Of a stretch of DNA of 44,208 bases, positions 26,528 through 35,012 are shown one piece after another. This stretch comes from a virus (Duplodnaviria; Caudoviricetes). The notes beneath the pieces were generated by a model. It ran no database searches. It was given only the letters and a program-made list of their open reading frames with translations, and was not told where the DNA came from. The stretch spans positions 1 to 44,208 of IMG/VR virus record IMGVR_UViG_3300043707_000036; one strand, 5' to 3'. The position numbers and the translations under genes were made by a program. How positions within the stretch are numbered: position 1 is the first letter of the stretch; every line of letters starts with the position of its first letter.

Positions 26528-29083
26528 TTGATAGGCTTTGGAGCAACTAGCGGAACTAGTGGCGCTGCAGGCGCTAGTAATCTTCCCCTAACTGTAGCCG
26601 ATGGGGATACGATAGTTTTACTAGTACAGACCGCTACTCCAGGAACAACCCCGCTCGCTCCCTTTAACGTTATTGGTCCAGGTACGCAGACTTGGGAATA
26701 TCTGGGTCAGATAACAGTTGGACCAGGAGTTTTGCAGCCTCAATACTTCATCTGCAGGTCTGCCAATGCTGCCTCTGGAAACATCACTGTCAGCCGGGCC
26801 GGAGCGCAGTACATCTTAGTTCTAGCTCAGATTTATACCGGAGTCGTAAGCACCAGCACCACAGAACTAATCCAGGAAGTAACCACCGACAACCCGCAGG
26901 TTGGTGTGTTCGACGTTACGGTTCCTGGTTCTGTGGGCGTGGTCATGTCGAACTGGAATGCGGGCACCGCTCAATTTCTCAGCTTTGTAGGCATCCGCGC
27001 CCAACACCTAGCCACCGGACAGTCGATGGCGATTAAAGACCAGGTATTTCAGGATACTGGTCCGGGACAGACCTGCACACTGGTTTGGTCCGCGACGGTC
27101 GGCAGTTACGTTCGGGCTTTGATAATTTTGCAGCCGGTCCCTCCACCTCCAGGCCACGTAGCTATAGTGCCTGTTCGATCGGTGTTAGGTAATAGTGGTG
27201 CAGTCGCCACCCTCACGCTCCCGATCACGTTGAACGCTGGTGATGCGGTTGTCCTTTTCTTCCACCCCGGCACCACCCCTAGCACCCTGGACCCGGTCAC
27301 AGTCACCGGACCAGGAACGCAGAACTGGCAGGACTTTGGACAAGTTACCGTAACTACTCCAGCCAACTACAACGCCCGTATGTATGTGCTGGTCAATGCC
27401 ACTGCCGCCTCAGGCAACATCTCAATCACCCGCACCGCAGCTCAGTTCATTCTTGCCGTCGCGCAGGTCTACACCGGAGTGGCCAATGCCATTCCACAGC
27501 CCGTGGTACAGACCGTTCAAGGCGCTAACCCAGCCTTAGCTCCCTCTTCCATTGTAGAAATCGACTCTACTGTGCCAGGCTCGGTAGGAGTTGCCGGATT
27601 TGCCTGGGCATTTGGTACTGGTGTAGGTCTGAGTTTTGTTGCTCCCCGTATTGCTAGTATCGGTTCGGCTCAATCAATTGCACTTCAAGACAGCCTGTTC
27701 CAAACTCCCGGCCAGTACTTCATTTCTCTGTCTTGGTCGCACACAACCGGCACTCCCCAACATTCGCGAATTGCGGTGTTGCTGGAACCCAGACTCATCC
27801 AGGTCTCCATCTCTCCCACCTCAGCCGACGTGATCCCAGGAGGAACTCAGCAATTCTCGGCCACGGTCACCGGGACCTCCGACCAGCGAGTCATCTGGAC
27901 AGCCTCCGTCGGTTCCATCGACTCCAACGGCCTCTTCACTGCTCCTCTAGTCTCGCCCACTGCAGGCACAGTCATCGCCAGGAGCGTAGCCGATCCCACA
28001 GTAGAAGCTGTAGCTACAGTCAATGTCCTGTTCCCCACCCACGAAGTCATTGTGCCTGTACCTGGCACCGACAGGGCAGACGCCATTAACACTGGCGACG
28101 TGCTGACACTTCCTGCAGCAGTGACAGTCAATGCAGGGGATGTCCTGGTGCTAGGAGTACAGCCTGGCACCAGTGGCAGCATCACCTTACCTGTAGCCGT
28201 CTCCGGTCCCGGCCTTCAGTCCTGGACTCACATCAGTTCCTACGTGGGTGGCCAGAATGCTCAGCTCTGGGCAGTGACCCACGCAGTAGCTGCCACCGGC
28301 ACCATAACCATCTCCCGAACCGGCGTGACTGGTTCTCTAGTTGGAGTGTTCCAGGCTTATCGGGGAGTAGCTGCCGTCATCCCCTATCCGGTGATTGCTG
28401 AACAGCTGGACATCAGCCCGGCACTGGCTCCTGGCCAGACTGACTTCTTCGACGTCACCGTCTCTGGATCTGTAGGGGTGGGCTTGTTCAGTTTTTTCTC
28501 CGGTACTGGACAGAGCTTAGAGTTGCCAGATGCCAACAGAGTCTTCTTCATTAATTCCCCTAATAGTTCTCTGGTCATTCAAGATGCAGTCTTCATGTCT
28601 GGTCTACATCAAGTTTCCCTGACCTGGTCAACCCCTGGCTTCTCTGGTACGTGGACCGCTCCCACCAAACTCTCCCTGCTGCTTACGCCCAAGTCCCTTG
28701 CCCCTCCCCAGCCGGTCGAGGTCTCCATCTTCCCTCCCGTGGCCACCGTAGTCTCGGAAGAGACCAAGCAATTCTCTGCCACCGTGACTGGCGCTCCCGG
28801 CATCGACACAGGCGTAGTCTGGACCGCCTCAGAGGGCACCATCGACCAGACCGGCTTCTGGACCTCTCCTTCAGTCGGCAGCACCATCCAGGCCACCATC
28901 ACCGCTACCAGCATCGAGGACCCCACAGCCTCAGCTTCTGCTACAGTAACCATCTATCCACAATCCCTATTCACCTTTGAACCTATGGGTGGCGGACACT
29001 TTAGACTGTTCCGGCGCTCCTTCATCCGCCGCAAGAAGAGGGGAGTGGTCTGGGAAGACTCACAAATGGAGAACGAACAATGA
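26528..29083 (+). CDS. Ig-like (Big_2-type) domain virion/adhesion protein
   Basis: Three ~190-aa beta repeats (GD..VL...AQ.YTGV...TVPGSVGV) and two VSI.P..A.V.....QFSATVTG Ig-like domains. Confidence 0.8.
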   Translation: MIGFGATSGTSGAAGASNLPLTVADGDTIVLLVQTATPGTTPLAPFNVIGPGTQTWEYLGQITVGPGVLQPQYFICRSANAASGNITVSRAGAQYILVLAQIYTGVVSTSTTELIQEVTTDNPQVGVFDVTVPGSVGVVMSNWNAGTAQFLSFVGIRAQHLATGQSMAIKDQVFQDTGPGQTCTLVWSATVGSYVRALIILQPVPPPPGHVAIVPVRSVLGNSGAVATLTLPITLNAGDAVVLFFHPGTTPSTLDPVTVTGPGTQNWQDFGQVTVTTPANYNARMYVLVNATAASGNISITRTAAQFILAVAQVYTGVANAIPQPVVQTVQGANPALAPSSIVEIDSTVPGSVGVAGFAWAFGTGVGLSFVAPRIASIGSAQSIALQDSLFQTPGQYFISLSWSHTTGTPQHSRIAVLLEPRLIQVSISPTSADVIPGGTQQFSATVTGTSDQRVIWTASVGSIDSNGLFTAPLVSPTAGTVIARSVADPTVEAVATVNVLFPTHEVIVPVPGTDRADAINTGDVLTLPAAVTVNAGDVLVLGVQPGTSGSITLPVAVSGPGLQSWTHISSYVGGQNAQLWAVTHAVAATGTITISRTGVTGSLVGVFQAYRGVAAVIPYPVIAEQLDISPALAPGQTDFFDVTVSGSVGVGLFSFFSGTGQSLELPDANRVFFINSPNSSLVIQDAVFMSGLHQVSLTWSTPGFSGTWTAPTKLSLLLTPKSLAPPQPVEVSIFPPVATVVSEETKQFSATVTGAPGIDTGVVWTASEGTIDQTGFWTSPSVGSTIQATITATSIEDPTASASATVTIYPQSLFTFEPMGGGHFRLFRRSFIRRKKRGVVWEDSQMENEQ

Positions 29084-29205
29084 TGCTACAAGGAACTTGT
29101 GACTGGACTCATGTCATGGAGAACGAAGGCCTGGGTGGGTTGATCGTAGCCATTATCTGGGGAATCTGGAGCTGGTTCAGGCGGCATAAGACTGCTACTA
29201 AGTAA
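29080..29205 (+). CDS. 41-aa single-TM protein (holin-like candidate)
   Basis: Read manually: ...GLGGLIVAIIWGIWSWFRRHKTATK; ATGA coupled; last gene of late operon. Confidence 0.5.
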   Translation: MMLQGTCDWTHVMENEGLGGLIVAIIWGIWSWFRRHKTATK

Positions 29206-30391
29206 GTGGCTGCATCTCTCCCAGGTTGGGGCCAACCTTCAGCTCAACTCCCACTGACAGGCCTCCAAGCTCCGGGAATGGCTTGGTCATGGTTTGCTGA
29301 ACTTGGCGGGCAACCTGGTCTACGTCATTCTCTGGAACCTCTATCCAAAACGAATCATGAACCAGGTTCCTGAGACCAGCAGCTACTGCCCGGTGCTCGA
29401 CTAGCTCCAACAGGTACTCGGTCTGCATGGCCGAGGCATCACTGGAGGGGACGAAGGCCACAGCCCGCTTGGCATCCTCCCCATGCACCCACTTCCACTT
29501 CTCCCCAGTAAGCTGCTGTTCAGCTGGAGTTGTCCTCTTCCGGTTGTACACAGAGAAGAAGTAGTGCCTGTACTGGAAGTGATTGTCCAGGTAGGTCTCC
29601 AAGTGGGCCCGGTCTATGGTTGCCTGCTGCCACTGTCTCAACTTGGGAAATAGTCCAAAGTAGAACTCCTGGAACTCCTTGGCCTTCTTCCTGGTGGGAA
29701 AGTACTCCGGGTACTCATCATGTAATCCAAAGTGACTCAGGAGGTAGTTCGATCCGTGGACTCCCCTTTTGGCTGCTTCCCTGATCTCCGGGTAGTCGTG
29801 CTTGAACTCGTGGAACTCAACCTTGAGGGTGGCATCGTCCAGACCAAGGTTGACGCTCTGGCCCGTCCAGTGGAGTCCCACGAAATCGTGAATTCCCAGC
29901 TTAGCCAGTCGTATGTAGTCTGGGTCTCCGGCACAGAACCCAACAAGTACTGCCTCAATAGCGGAACTGTCTGCTTCGAGGAGGACATGACCAGGGGCAG
30001 CCACCAGCATGCGCCGGAAGAGTCGGGCCAGGTCATTTCTTGCCGGGATGTTCTGCAGATTAACCTGCCTAGAACTCTTGCGCCACGTCGACGGATTGAA
30101 GCCATAAGTCGTGCCCACACGGCCATCACCTCTCAGCTTCCAGATGTAGGTACTGATCATCTTCTCCCGGCGTTGACATTCCAGAATGGTCTGAAACACC
30201 GGAAACTTTTTGGCAAACCTTTCCAGGTGCTTGCCGTCACTAGTCTCATCCCCAGTTTTACGCTTCCTGGGGACTTTGAGCTTGTAGTGCCTCACCAAGT
30301 CGAGCTTCTGTCTCCAGCTGGCAGGATTGAACTCCAAGAGCTGCTCATACTCCGTGACCTTGCCCGTGTCTCCACACTTCTTACAGGTCAA
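29198..30391 (-). CDS. polA: Family A DNA polymerase, C-terminal (polymerase) part of split gene
   Basis: FNPAS..Q, NLQNIP, motif A LLEADSSAIE, motif B R...K...HGSNY, motif C LVHDS; TTG start 30391 with GAGGAG RBS giving MTCKKCGDTG. Confidence 0.92.
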   Translation of the reverse strand: MTCKKCGDTGKVTEYEQLLEFNPASWRQKLDLVRHYKLKVPRKRKTGDETSDGKHLERFAKKFPVFQTILECQRREKMISTYIWKLRGDGRVGTTYGFNPSTWRKSSRQVNLQNIPARNDLARLFRRMLVAAPGHVLLEADSSAIEAVLVGFCAGDPDYIRLAKLGIHDFVGLHWTGQSVNLGLDDATLKVEFHEFKHDYPEIREAAKRGVHGSNYLLSHFGLHDEYPEYFPTRKKAKEFQEFYFGLFPKLRQWQQATIDRAHLETYLDNHFQYRHYFFSVYNRKRTTPAEQQLTGEKWKWVHGEDAKRAVAFVPSSDASAMQTEYLLELVEHRAVAAGLRNLVHDSFWIEVPENDVDQVARQVQQTMTKPFPELGGLSVGVELKVGPNLGEMQPLT

Positions 30392-30555
30392 ACGAATCTC
30401 CTCTCCACCTCTTTGGGAACCTCTATCCCAGCCCTCCTGAGCAGCTCCCACAACATCCACAGGTTGACGTTGCACTCCGCTCCGTCACAGTGCTTGCGGT
30501 GGTGGTCGGCCAGGTTCAGGGCATTCATCAACAGAGCCTCATCTAAGACATTCAT
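30388..30555 (-). CDS. 55-aa hypothetical protein inside polA split
   Basis: Read manually: MNVLDEALLMNALNLADHHRKHCDGAECNVNLWMLWELLRRAGIEVPKEVERRFV; ATGA and TTGA overlaps. Confidence 0.7.
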   Translation of the reverse strand: MNVLDEALLMNALNLADHHRKHCDGAECNVNLWMLWELLRRAGIEVPKEVERRFV

Positions 30556-30743
30556 TCACCTGGCCCCCTATCCTGTAGTCCCAACCTCTTGACCTCATCC
30601 AGCCAATCGTTGCGTCCCTGGAGCCACTGCCAGGCTGGACTTGACCCAAGACGCAGCAACTCAGCAGCTCTGCGGATGAGGGCCTGCTGGCTGTGGATGA
30701 CCCTGGCCAACTCTCCCTTGCTGGGCTGAGCTTCATAGGTCAC
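30552..30743 (-). CDS. RAAELL-family small protein inside polA split
   Basis: QQALIRRAAELLRLGSSPAWQWLQGRNDWL. Confidence 0.75.
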   Translation of the reverse strand: MTYEAQPSKGELARVIHSQQALIRRAAELLRLGSSPAWQWLQGRNDWLDEVKRLGLQDRGPGE

Positions 30744-30970
30744 TTGGTTGCTCCCATATCTCCAAACTCCTCGAATACCTCGTTCAGACGGGTAATGAGG
30801 GCTGCCTGCTTCTGCATGAGTTTGGCATGTACCTGGAAGAGGTCATTGGAGTAGGCCACAGCATAGTCCTCGGCAAACTCAAACCACTCCACATCAGTCT
30901 CCGGTCCCCAGTTCTCTGGTGGATAGTGTTCCCTCACCCACTCCTTGTGAAACTCCTGTGCCTTCATCAT
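30740..30970 (-). CDS. Hypothetical protein inside polA split
   Basis: Coupled both sides. Confidence 0.75.
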   Translation of the reverse strand: MMKAQEFHKEWVREHYPPENWGPETDVEWFEFAEDYAVAYSNDLFQVHAKLMQKQAALITRLNEVFEEFGDMGATK

Positions 30971-31182
30971 TGGGGATGGACCGGCTGCTCGGCCTCCTGG
31001 AACAGCTCCTTCTGCTTACGATTGCGCCTGGACCTGGCTACAACCTGGTGGGCATTGTCTCCATCTGCTTGCTGGCGTGCCTTGAGCATCTCCTTGACCA
31101 CGTTCAAAACTGCCTCGGCTGCTGCGAGTGGAGCGGTTGCAAAGTAATCTACAACTCTGGCTTCTGGATCAACTTTCCTCAT
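30967..31182 (-). CDS. Hypothetical protein inside polA split
   Basis: MRKVDPEARVVDYFATAPL...; RBS within the end of the polA N-part; ATGA overlap. Confidence 0.75.
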   Translation of the reverse strand: MRKVDPEARVVDYFATAPLAAAEAVLNVVKEMLKARQQADGDNAHQVVARSRRNRKQKELFQEAEQPVHPQ

Positions 31183-32528
31183 ACCTCTACCTCCTTCGTG
31201 CAGAGCGGGCACTCAACTTCAACCGGCCTGGTACCCTCTCTGGCTTTCTTGAACCTGCGGCGTGGCCTGACCGCTTCCGGGACTTCCCCCTGGAGCCTCT
31301 CATAGGCCTCCTGGTACTCCCCTTCAAGTTTTTCCTTGAACCGACTTTGTTCAAGCCGGTCGACCAGGATTCCCGTGCGTCCCATGGTCTGCAAAAGGGG
31401 CAAGGCAGCCACACAGTGCCTTCTCCAGCGATCCCATCTGCCTTGTTTCTGAAGGTCAGTCTTAACTCCCAGATACAGCCTGAGGGTAGCGTCCGCATCG
31501 ACCGCACTGTAAAAAGCAGGCTGTGCCGAGTGAAGGTGTTTCCAGGGGAGCCCATCAAAGTAAAAAGGCGCAACAAACCCCAAGCCCTTGGGGAGGTCTG
31601 ACTGGAGGAAGTGCCATGCCCACATGGAGTCGTGTACTTCCCGGAACTCAAAGCCTTGGACCTCAAGTCTCGGCTTGTCGTAGTTCTGGTTGTGCATGAC
31701 CACGGTCGGGACCTGGGCAACAGACTGTCGAAACTTCGAGATGTATGGCTCCAGCCAGGGGAAGCTGACGCCAGATCCTGCAGTATGGCTGCAACTGGCA
31801 CGGACGATGGTATAGCTCTGGTCTTCTTCATCTATGGTCTCTTCACTCAACTTGGCTGACTCAGGGGTCTCTATGTCTACACTTAGTAAGTCTATTGGTC
31901 TATCCAAGTACTCACACATACTTACATAGTCATCTAGTATGTAACTAACAGGTATCCTCTGCCACTTACCCTGAGCTACTTCCTGGGCTCGGCGCAGGGC
32001 GAAGCAGAAGGGGCCGGTGAGTTTCTGCTGTCCCTGCATAATGAACGACGGATGAAATGTAGGCACAACCGGCACGCCGTAAGGACTGTCACACACATAG
32101 CTGTGACGCTCATCCAGACCACGAGCACCCACAAGCCGCTGAAGCGCCACGTTGCCCATAGCCACAATGACTCTAGGAGCACACCTATCAATAAGCCCAT
32201 CGAGATGGGGTCGGCAGTGGGCAAACGCCGCTGCCGCCTCCTGGTCAATCGGACGATCGAGTCGGTCATACCATCCCAACCTCCTGGGCTTGCACCACAC
32301 CGCATTGGAGATGAGCAGCTGGTGTCGATCCAGACCTAGTCTGTGGAGGCAGCGGTCCAGGAAGGCTCCAGCCGCGCCAGCGAACGGACGACCTTCCCGG
32401 ACCTCATCCGTCCAGGGGCTCTCGCCCACCAGCAGGATGCCGGAGGTGCCCAGGCCATCCGACTCCACCCTTCTCTCGCCGAAGGGCAGTTGGGGACAGC
32501 CTGAGCACACTGGACCAGCGTTAATCAT
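31179..32528 (-). CDS. polA: Uracil-DNA glycosylase (family 4-like) + 3'-5' exonuclease: N-terminal part of split PolA
   Basis: CxxC, LLVGESP..E...GRPFAG.AG, SNAVWC.P, PTFHPS; ExoI DIET, ExoII HNQNYD, ExoIII YSAVDAD; M..TGILVD; ends CPLCTKEVEV. Confidence 0.92.
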   Translation of the reverse strand: MINAGPVCSGCPQLPFGERRVESDGLGTSGILLVGESPWTDEVREGRPFAGAAGAFLDRCLHRLGLDRHQLLISNAVWCKPRRLGWYDRLDRPIDQEAAAAFAHCRPHLDGLIDRCAPRVIVAMGNVALQRLVGARGLDERHSYVCDSPYGVPVVPTFHPSFIMQGQQKLTGPFCFALRRAQEVAQGKWQRIPVSYILDDYVSMCEYLDRPIDLLSVDIETPESAKLSEETIDEEDQSYTIVRASCSHTAGSGVSFPWLEPYISKFRQSVAQVPTVVMHNQNYDKPRLEVQGFEFREVHDSMWAWHFLQSDLPKGLGFVAPFYFDGLPWKHLHSAQPAFYSAVDADATLRLYLGVKTDLQKQGRWDRWRRHCVAALPLLQTMGRTGILVDRLEQSRFKEKLEGEYQEAYERLQGEVPEAVRPRRRFKKAREGTRPVEVECPLCTKEVEV

Positions 32529-32734
32529 CTACCTTGCTCGAACAAACTGATTATGTCGGACGGTTGTACATTCTTCACTAGCACCCGGTGATGGAGTCGC
32601 TTTGTACCCATGTCCTCTACCAGGGCCCACTTACGTCCCTTCTTGAGGAGCAGAGCGTGATACCACCCTCCCTTGCGGGGATGCCAGTAACGAACTACAC
32701 TGTAAGCCTGCTTCTTAGTCTGCTTCATAGTCAT
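32525..32734 (-). CDS. Small basic beta protein
   Basis: AAGGAG RBS, ATGA coupled. Confidence 0.7.
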   Translation of the reverse strand: MTMKQTKKQAYSVVRYWHPRKGGWYHALLLKKGRKWALVEDMGTKRLHHRVLVKNVQPSDIISLFEQGR

Positions 32735-32868
32735 GTAGGCTCCTTCAACCTACATGTCTATTGTAACAAGCCACTTAGGAGACTTTCGCCCCTTTGGCCC
32801 TCAAATTGCTTCCAAGTTACTGAGGCCAGGAGCGACTTTCGCTACTTGACAGCCACTCCTGGCGTTTT

Positions 32869-32900
32869 TCCTGCACAACTTATCCACAGACTTACTCACA
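32869..32900 (+). promoter_or_regulatory. Triplet of DnaA-box-like 9-mers
   Basis: TCCTGCACA 32869, perfect TTATCCACA 32880, TTACTCACA 32892. Confidence 0.5.
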
Positions 32901-32902
32901 GC

Positions 32903-33103
32903 CTAACTCTTTGATCCCCACAGCCGGACAGCGACTCCAGTCACCACGCTACCTGCTCCGAAGGCCAGCACCTGCTGTCCCAGCCACACCACATGTTCCT
33001 GCAGGTAGCCGGAGCCGAACATAGCCACATAGATAGTCAAGTAGGTGATGGCCCAAGCCAAGTGCCACCCCTTGGTCATCTCCCTGGTAAGAATATTCTT
33101 CAT
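32903..33103 (-). CDS. Small two-TM membrane protein
   Basis: Two hydrophobic segments. Confidence 0.65.
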   Translation of the reverse strand: MKNILTREMTKGWHLAWAITYLTIYVAMFGSGYLQEHVVWLGQQVLAFGAGSVVTGVAVRLWGSKS

Positions 33104-33104
33104 G

Positions 33105-33806
33105 TCAGCATCCCGATTCCGGTCTGGCCACCCCAAACCAGATCAGTCCAGCCGCTCCCCAGAAGGGGGCCAGGATCATGTTGGGGGTGAAGGCCGAAGT
33201 CACCATCAGAAAGGTCAATCCCCAGTCAATGGCCGAGCAGAAGGGGTCCTGGATCAAGAGGGGATGGTAGCGAATCCCTACATAGGACAGATGGACGGTT
33301 GGGTGGGCGGAGGCCAGCGAGGAGTTTATGCCATCGGCAGCTTTCTGGAAGCCTGCTGCTGCGTTCAACATCACCCGGTAGAGTCCCAGGTGGGTGCCGG
33401 TTGAATAGGCCTTCTCCCGCCCGGCCAGTCCAACTCTCCTAACGTACTTGGTGAAGTCATCATAGGTTCCCTTGTATCCCTTAGCCACTGCCCGAGTGTA
33501 GAGCTGATGCAACTTCGCTGAGGTGGGAGGAGCCAGGAGGGCAGCCCTGTGCTCCCGGAAAGTGGTGTCCCACTTGGCCAGGGTCCCATCCTGACGGTTG
33601 GATTCGGCCATGGACTTATAGGCGACGGCAGCATTGTGTAGCAGCTTGGCCAACTCCTGTAGATTCGCGTAGTTCCCTGGCACTGTCAGGTTGGCGGCAT
33701 CCATAATGGCCTTGGCTTGGATTGTGGGGGGAATGGCGGCCAAGGTTGAGGCTACCATCAAGCAAACTAGACTAGCAGCCTGTAACTTCCTACTTACATC
33801 TATCAT
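33105..33806 (-). CDS. Exported protein with signal peptide and hydrophobic Cys-flanked C-terminus
   Basis: AAGGAGGAG RBS; RKLQAASLVCLMVASTLAA; C-terminus CSAIDWGL...WFGVARPESGC. Confidence 0.75.
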   Translation of the reverse strand: MIDVSRKLQAASLVCLMVASTLAAIPPTIQAKAIMDAANLTVPGNYANLQELAKLLHNAAVAYKSMAESNRQDGTLAKWDTTFREHRAALLAPPTSAKLHQLYTRAVAKGYKGTYDDFTKYVRRVGLAGREKAYSTGTHLGLYRVMLNAAAGFQKAADGINSSLASAHPTVHLSYVGIRYHPLLIQDPFCSAIDWGLTFLMVTSAFTPNMILAPFWGAAGLIWFGVARPESGC

Positions 33807-33825
33807 AGACTCCTCCTTCCAAAGT

Positions 33826-33993
33826 TTATTTTTGAGCCATATGGGGTGGGTAACTTACCCAGGTAGGATTCTTCAGCATTACATCTATGTCCCTGAGGGT
33901 CTGAGTCAACTCCTTGAGACGCTCGGCCAGCAACCGCATGCAGGCCACTTGCTCGGTCATCACCTTCAACTCCTCGTCACTTGTTTTGCTCAT
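33826..33993 (-). CDS. 55-aa hypothetical protein
   Basis: Read manually: MSKTSDEELKVMTEQVACMRLLAERLKEL...; ATGA coupled. Confidence 0.6.
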   Translation of the reverse strand: MSKTSDEELKVMTEQVACMRLLAERLKELTQTLRDIDVMLKNPTWVSYPPHMAQK

Positions 33994-34301
33994 TTGATCT
34001 TCTCCGGTCCTCGATCATGGTCCCCTAGTTCTGGCCGATACTTGAAGCCTCTGGTGGCATACTCCATGGCCTCCCTATCTCTGCCCTGATGGAGCATGGT
34101 GGTGATTACTGCCTGCTCCTGGTTGCTGGCCCACACCACCCCAATGGTCCCAGGCCGGTGACTGGAATAGGCAACTGGAAGCAGTATCCACTGCACCTCG
34201 AAAGGGTCGTGCTGCTTAATCCTAGCCATGGACTCATCATCCAGCACAATCAACATGTCGGCATAGCCATTCCCCCGGTCTCGGCAAACCAGCAAGCTCA
34301 T
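33990..34301 (-). CDS. Hypothetical protein
   Basis: GGAGGGG RBS, ATGA coupled. Confidence 0.7.
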   Translation of the reverse strand: MSLLVCRDRGNGYADMLIVLDDESMARIKQHDPFEVQWILLPVAYSSHRPGTIGVVWASNQEQAVITTMLHQGRDREAMEYATRGFKYRPELGDHDRGPEKIK

Positions 34302-34507
34302 TTCCCCTCCATCTTGACAAGTTCCAGCCAACGGTCCCGCTTTCCGTACCAGTTGGCTCTACCCTTGGGCCACAGCCCTACAGGATGTTTGAGAAGCTCG
34401 GCAGCCTGCTGGAGGAGAGCATACTGCTCCTTAATGATCAAGGCATACTCGGAAATGGTGGCATAGGCTTTCTCCGCTGCCAGGACCTCATCATCCTGTT
34501 GGTTCAT
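34298..34507 (-). CDS. RAAELL-family small protein
   Basis: EQYALLQQAAELL...W...RDRWLE. Confidence 0.75.
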   Translation of the reverse strand: MNQQDDEVLAAEKAYATISEYALIIKEQYALLQQAAELLKHPVGLWPKGRANWYGKRDRWLELVKMEGK

Positions 34508-34761
34508 TTCTTCACCTCATCCAGTCCAGCATCCTGCAACCACTTCCTCAAGTCCTGGTGATATTCAGGGGGCGCAACCGTGATGTAGCGGGTCAGCAGC
34601 TCGGCGGCCCGGATGATGAGATTGTCTTTTACATTCTCAGGATCGTCGGCCTCGTCAGTTGTCATTTTAGGCGGAAGAATAAAGCTGGCGGTTCTCAAGG
34701 TTCTGCGTCGCACTCCGGGGCAAAGTTGCTCTAAGGCATCTTCGAGTCTAGTGTCCTTCAC
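34504..34761 (-). CDS. RAAELL-family small protein
   Basis: KDNLIIRAAELL...RKWLQDAGL. Confidence 0.75.
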   Translation of the reverse strand: MKDTRLEDALEQLCPGVRRRTLRTASFILPPKMTTDEADDPENVKDNLIIRAAELLTRYITVAPPEYHQDLRKWLQDAGLDEVKK

Positions 34762-35012
34762 TTCTCCTCCATCCCGGCATCCCTGAGCCATTGCTTGACT
34801 TGCTCATATTGTTCAGGAGACACAGGATAATCCGGTGCGAGCAGCAGCTCGGCGGCCCGGCGCACCAGATCCCGCAGATCTTTGTTCTCCCGGCTTATGT
34901 TATCGAGGACATCTTCAGACGATTGATCCTGAAGGCGGCAATTCCGCAGGACTCCATCCCGGTCATAAACTCCTGGACACGACTCCTCCAAGCAGTTGGG
35001 ACACATACTCAT
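34758..35012 (-). CDS. RAAELL-family protein with N-terminal Cys cluster
   Basis: CPNC...C...C; LRDLVRRAAELL...KQWLRDAGM. Confidence 0.75.
   Translation of the reverse strand: MSMCPNCLEESCPGVYDRDGVLRNCRLQDQSSEDVLDNISRENKDLRDLVRRAAELLLAPDYPVSPEQYEQVKQWLRDAGMEEK

Noticed and set aside
29057-29127. 12-bp direct repeat ATGGAGAACGAA
   Set aside because: Short, two copies; probably a small local duplication without evident function
30392-30475. ORF-track GTG start of the polymerase C-part at 30475
   Set aside because: Overlaps a better-coupled 55-aa ORF; TTG 30391 has an RBS and TTGA overlap
30392-31178. Group I/II intron or intein explaining the polA interruption
   Set aside because: The interval is fully tiled by four coupled ORFs; no homing endonuclease, RT or intein terminal motifs; the C-part has its own RBS. 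Not formally excluded without RT-PCR.
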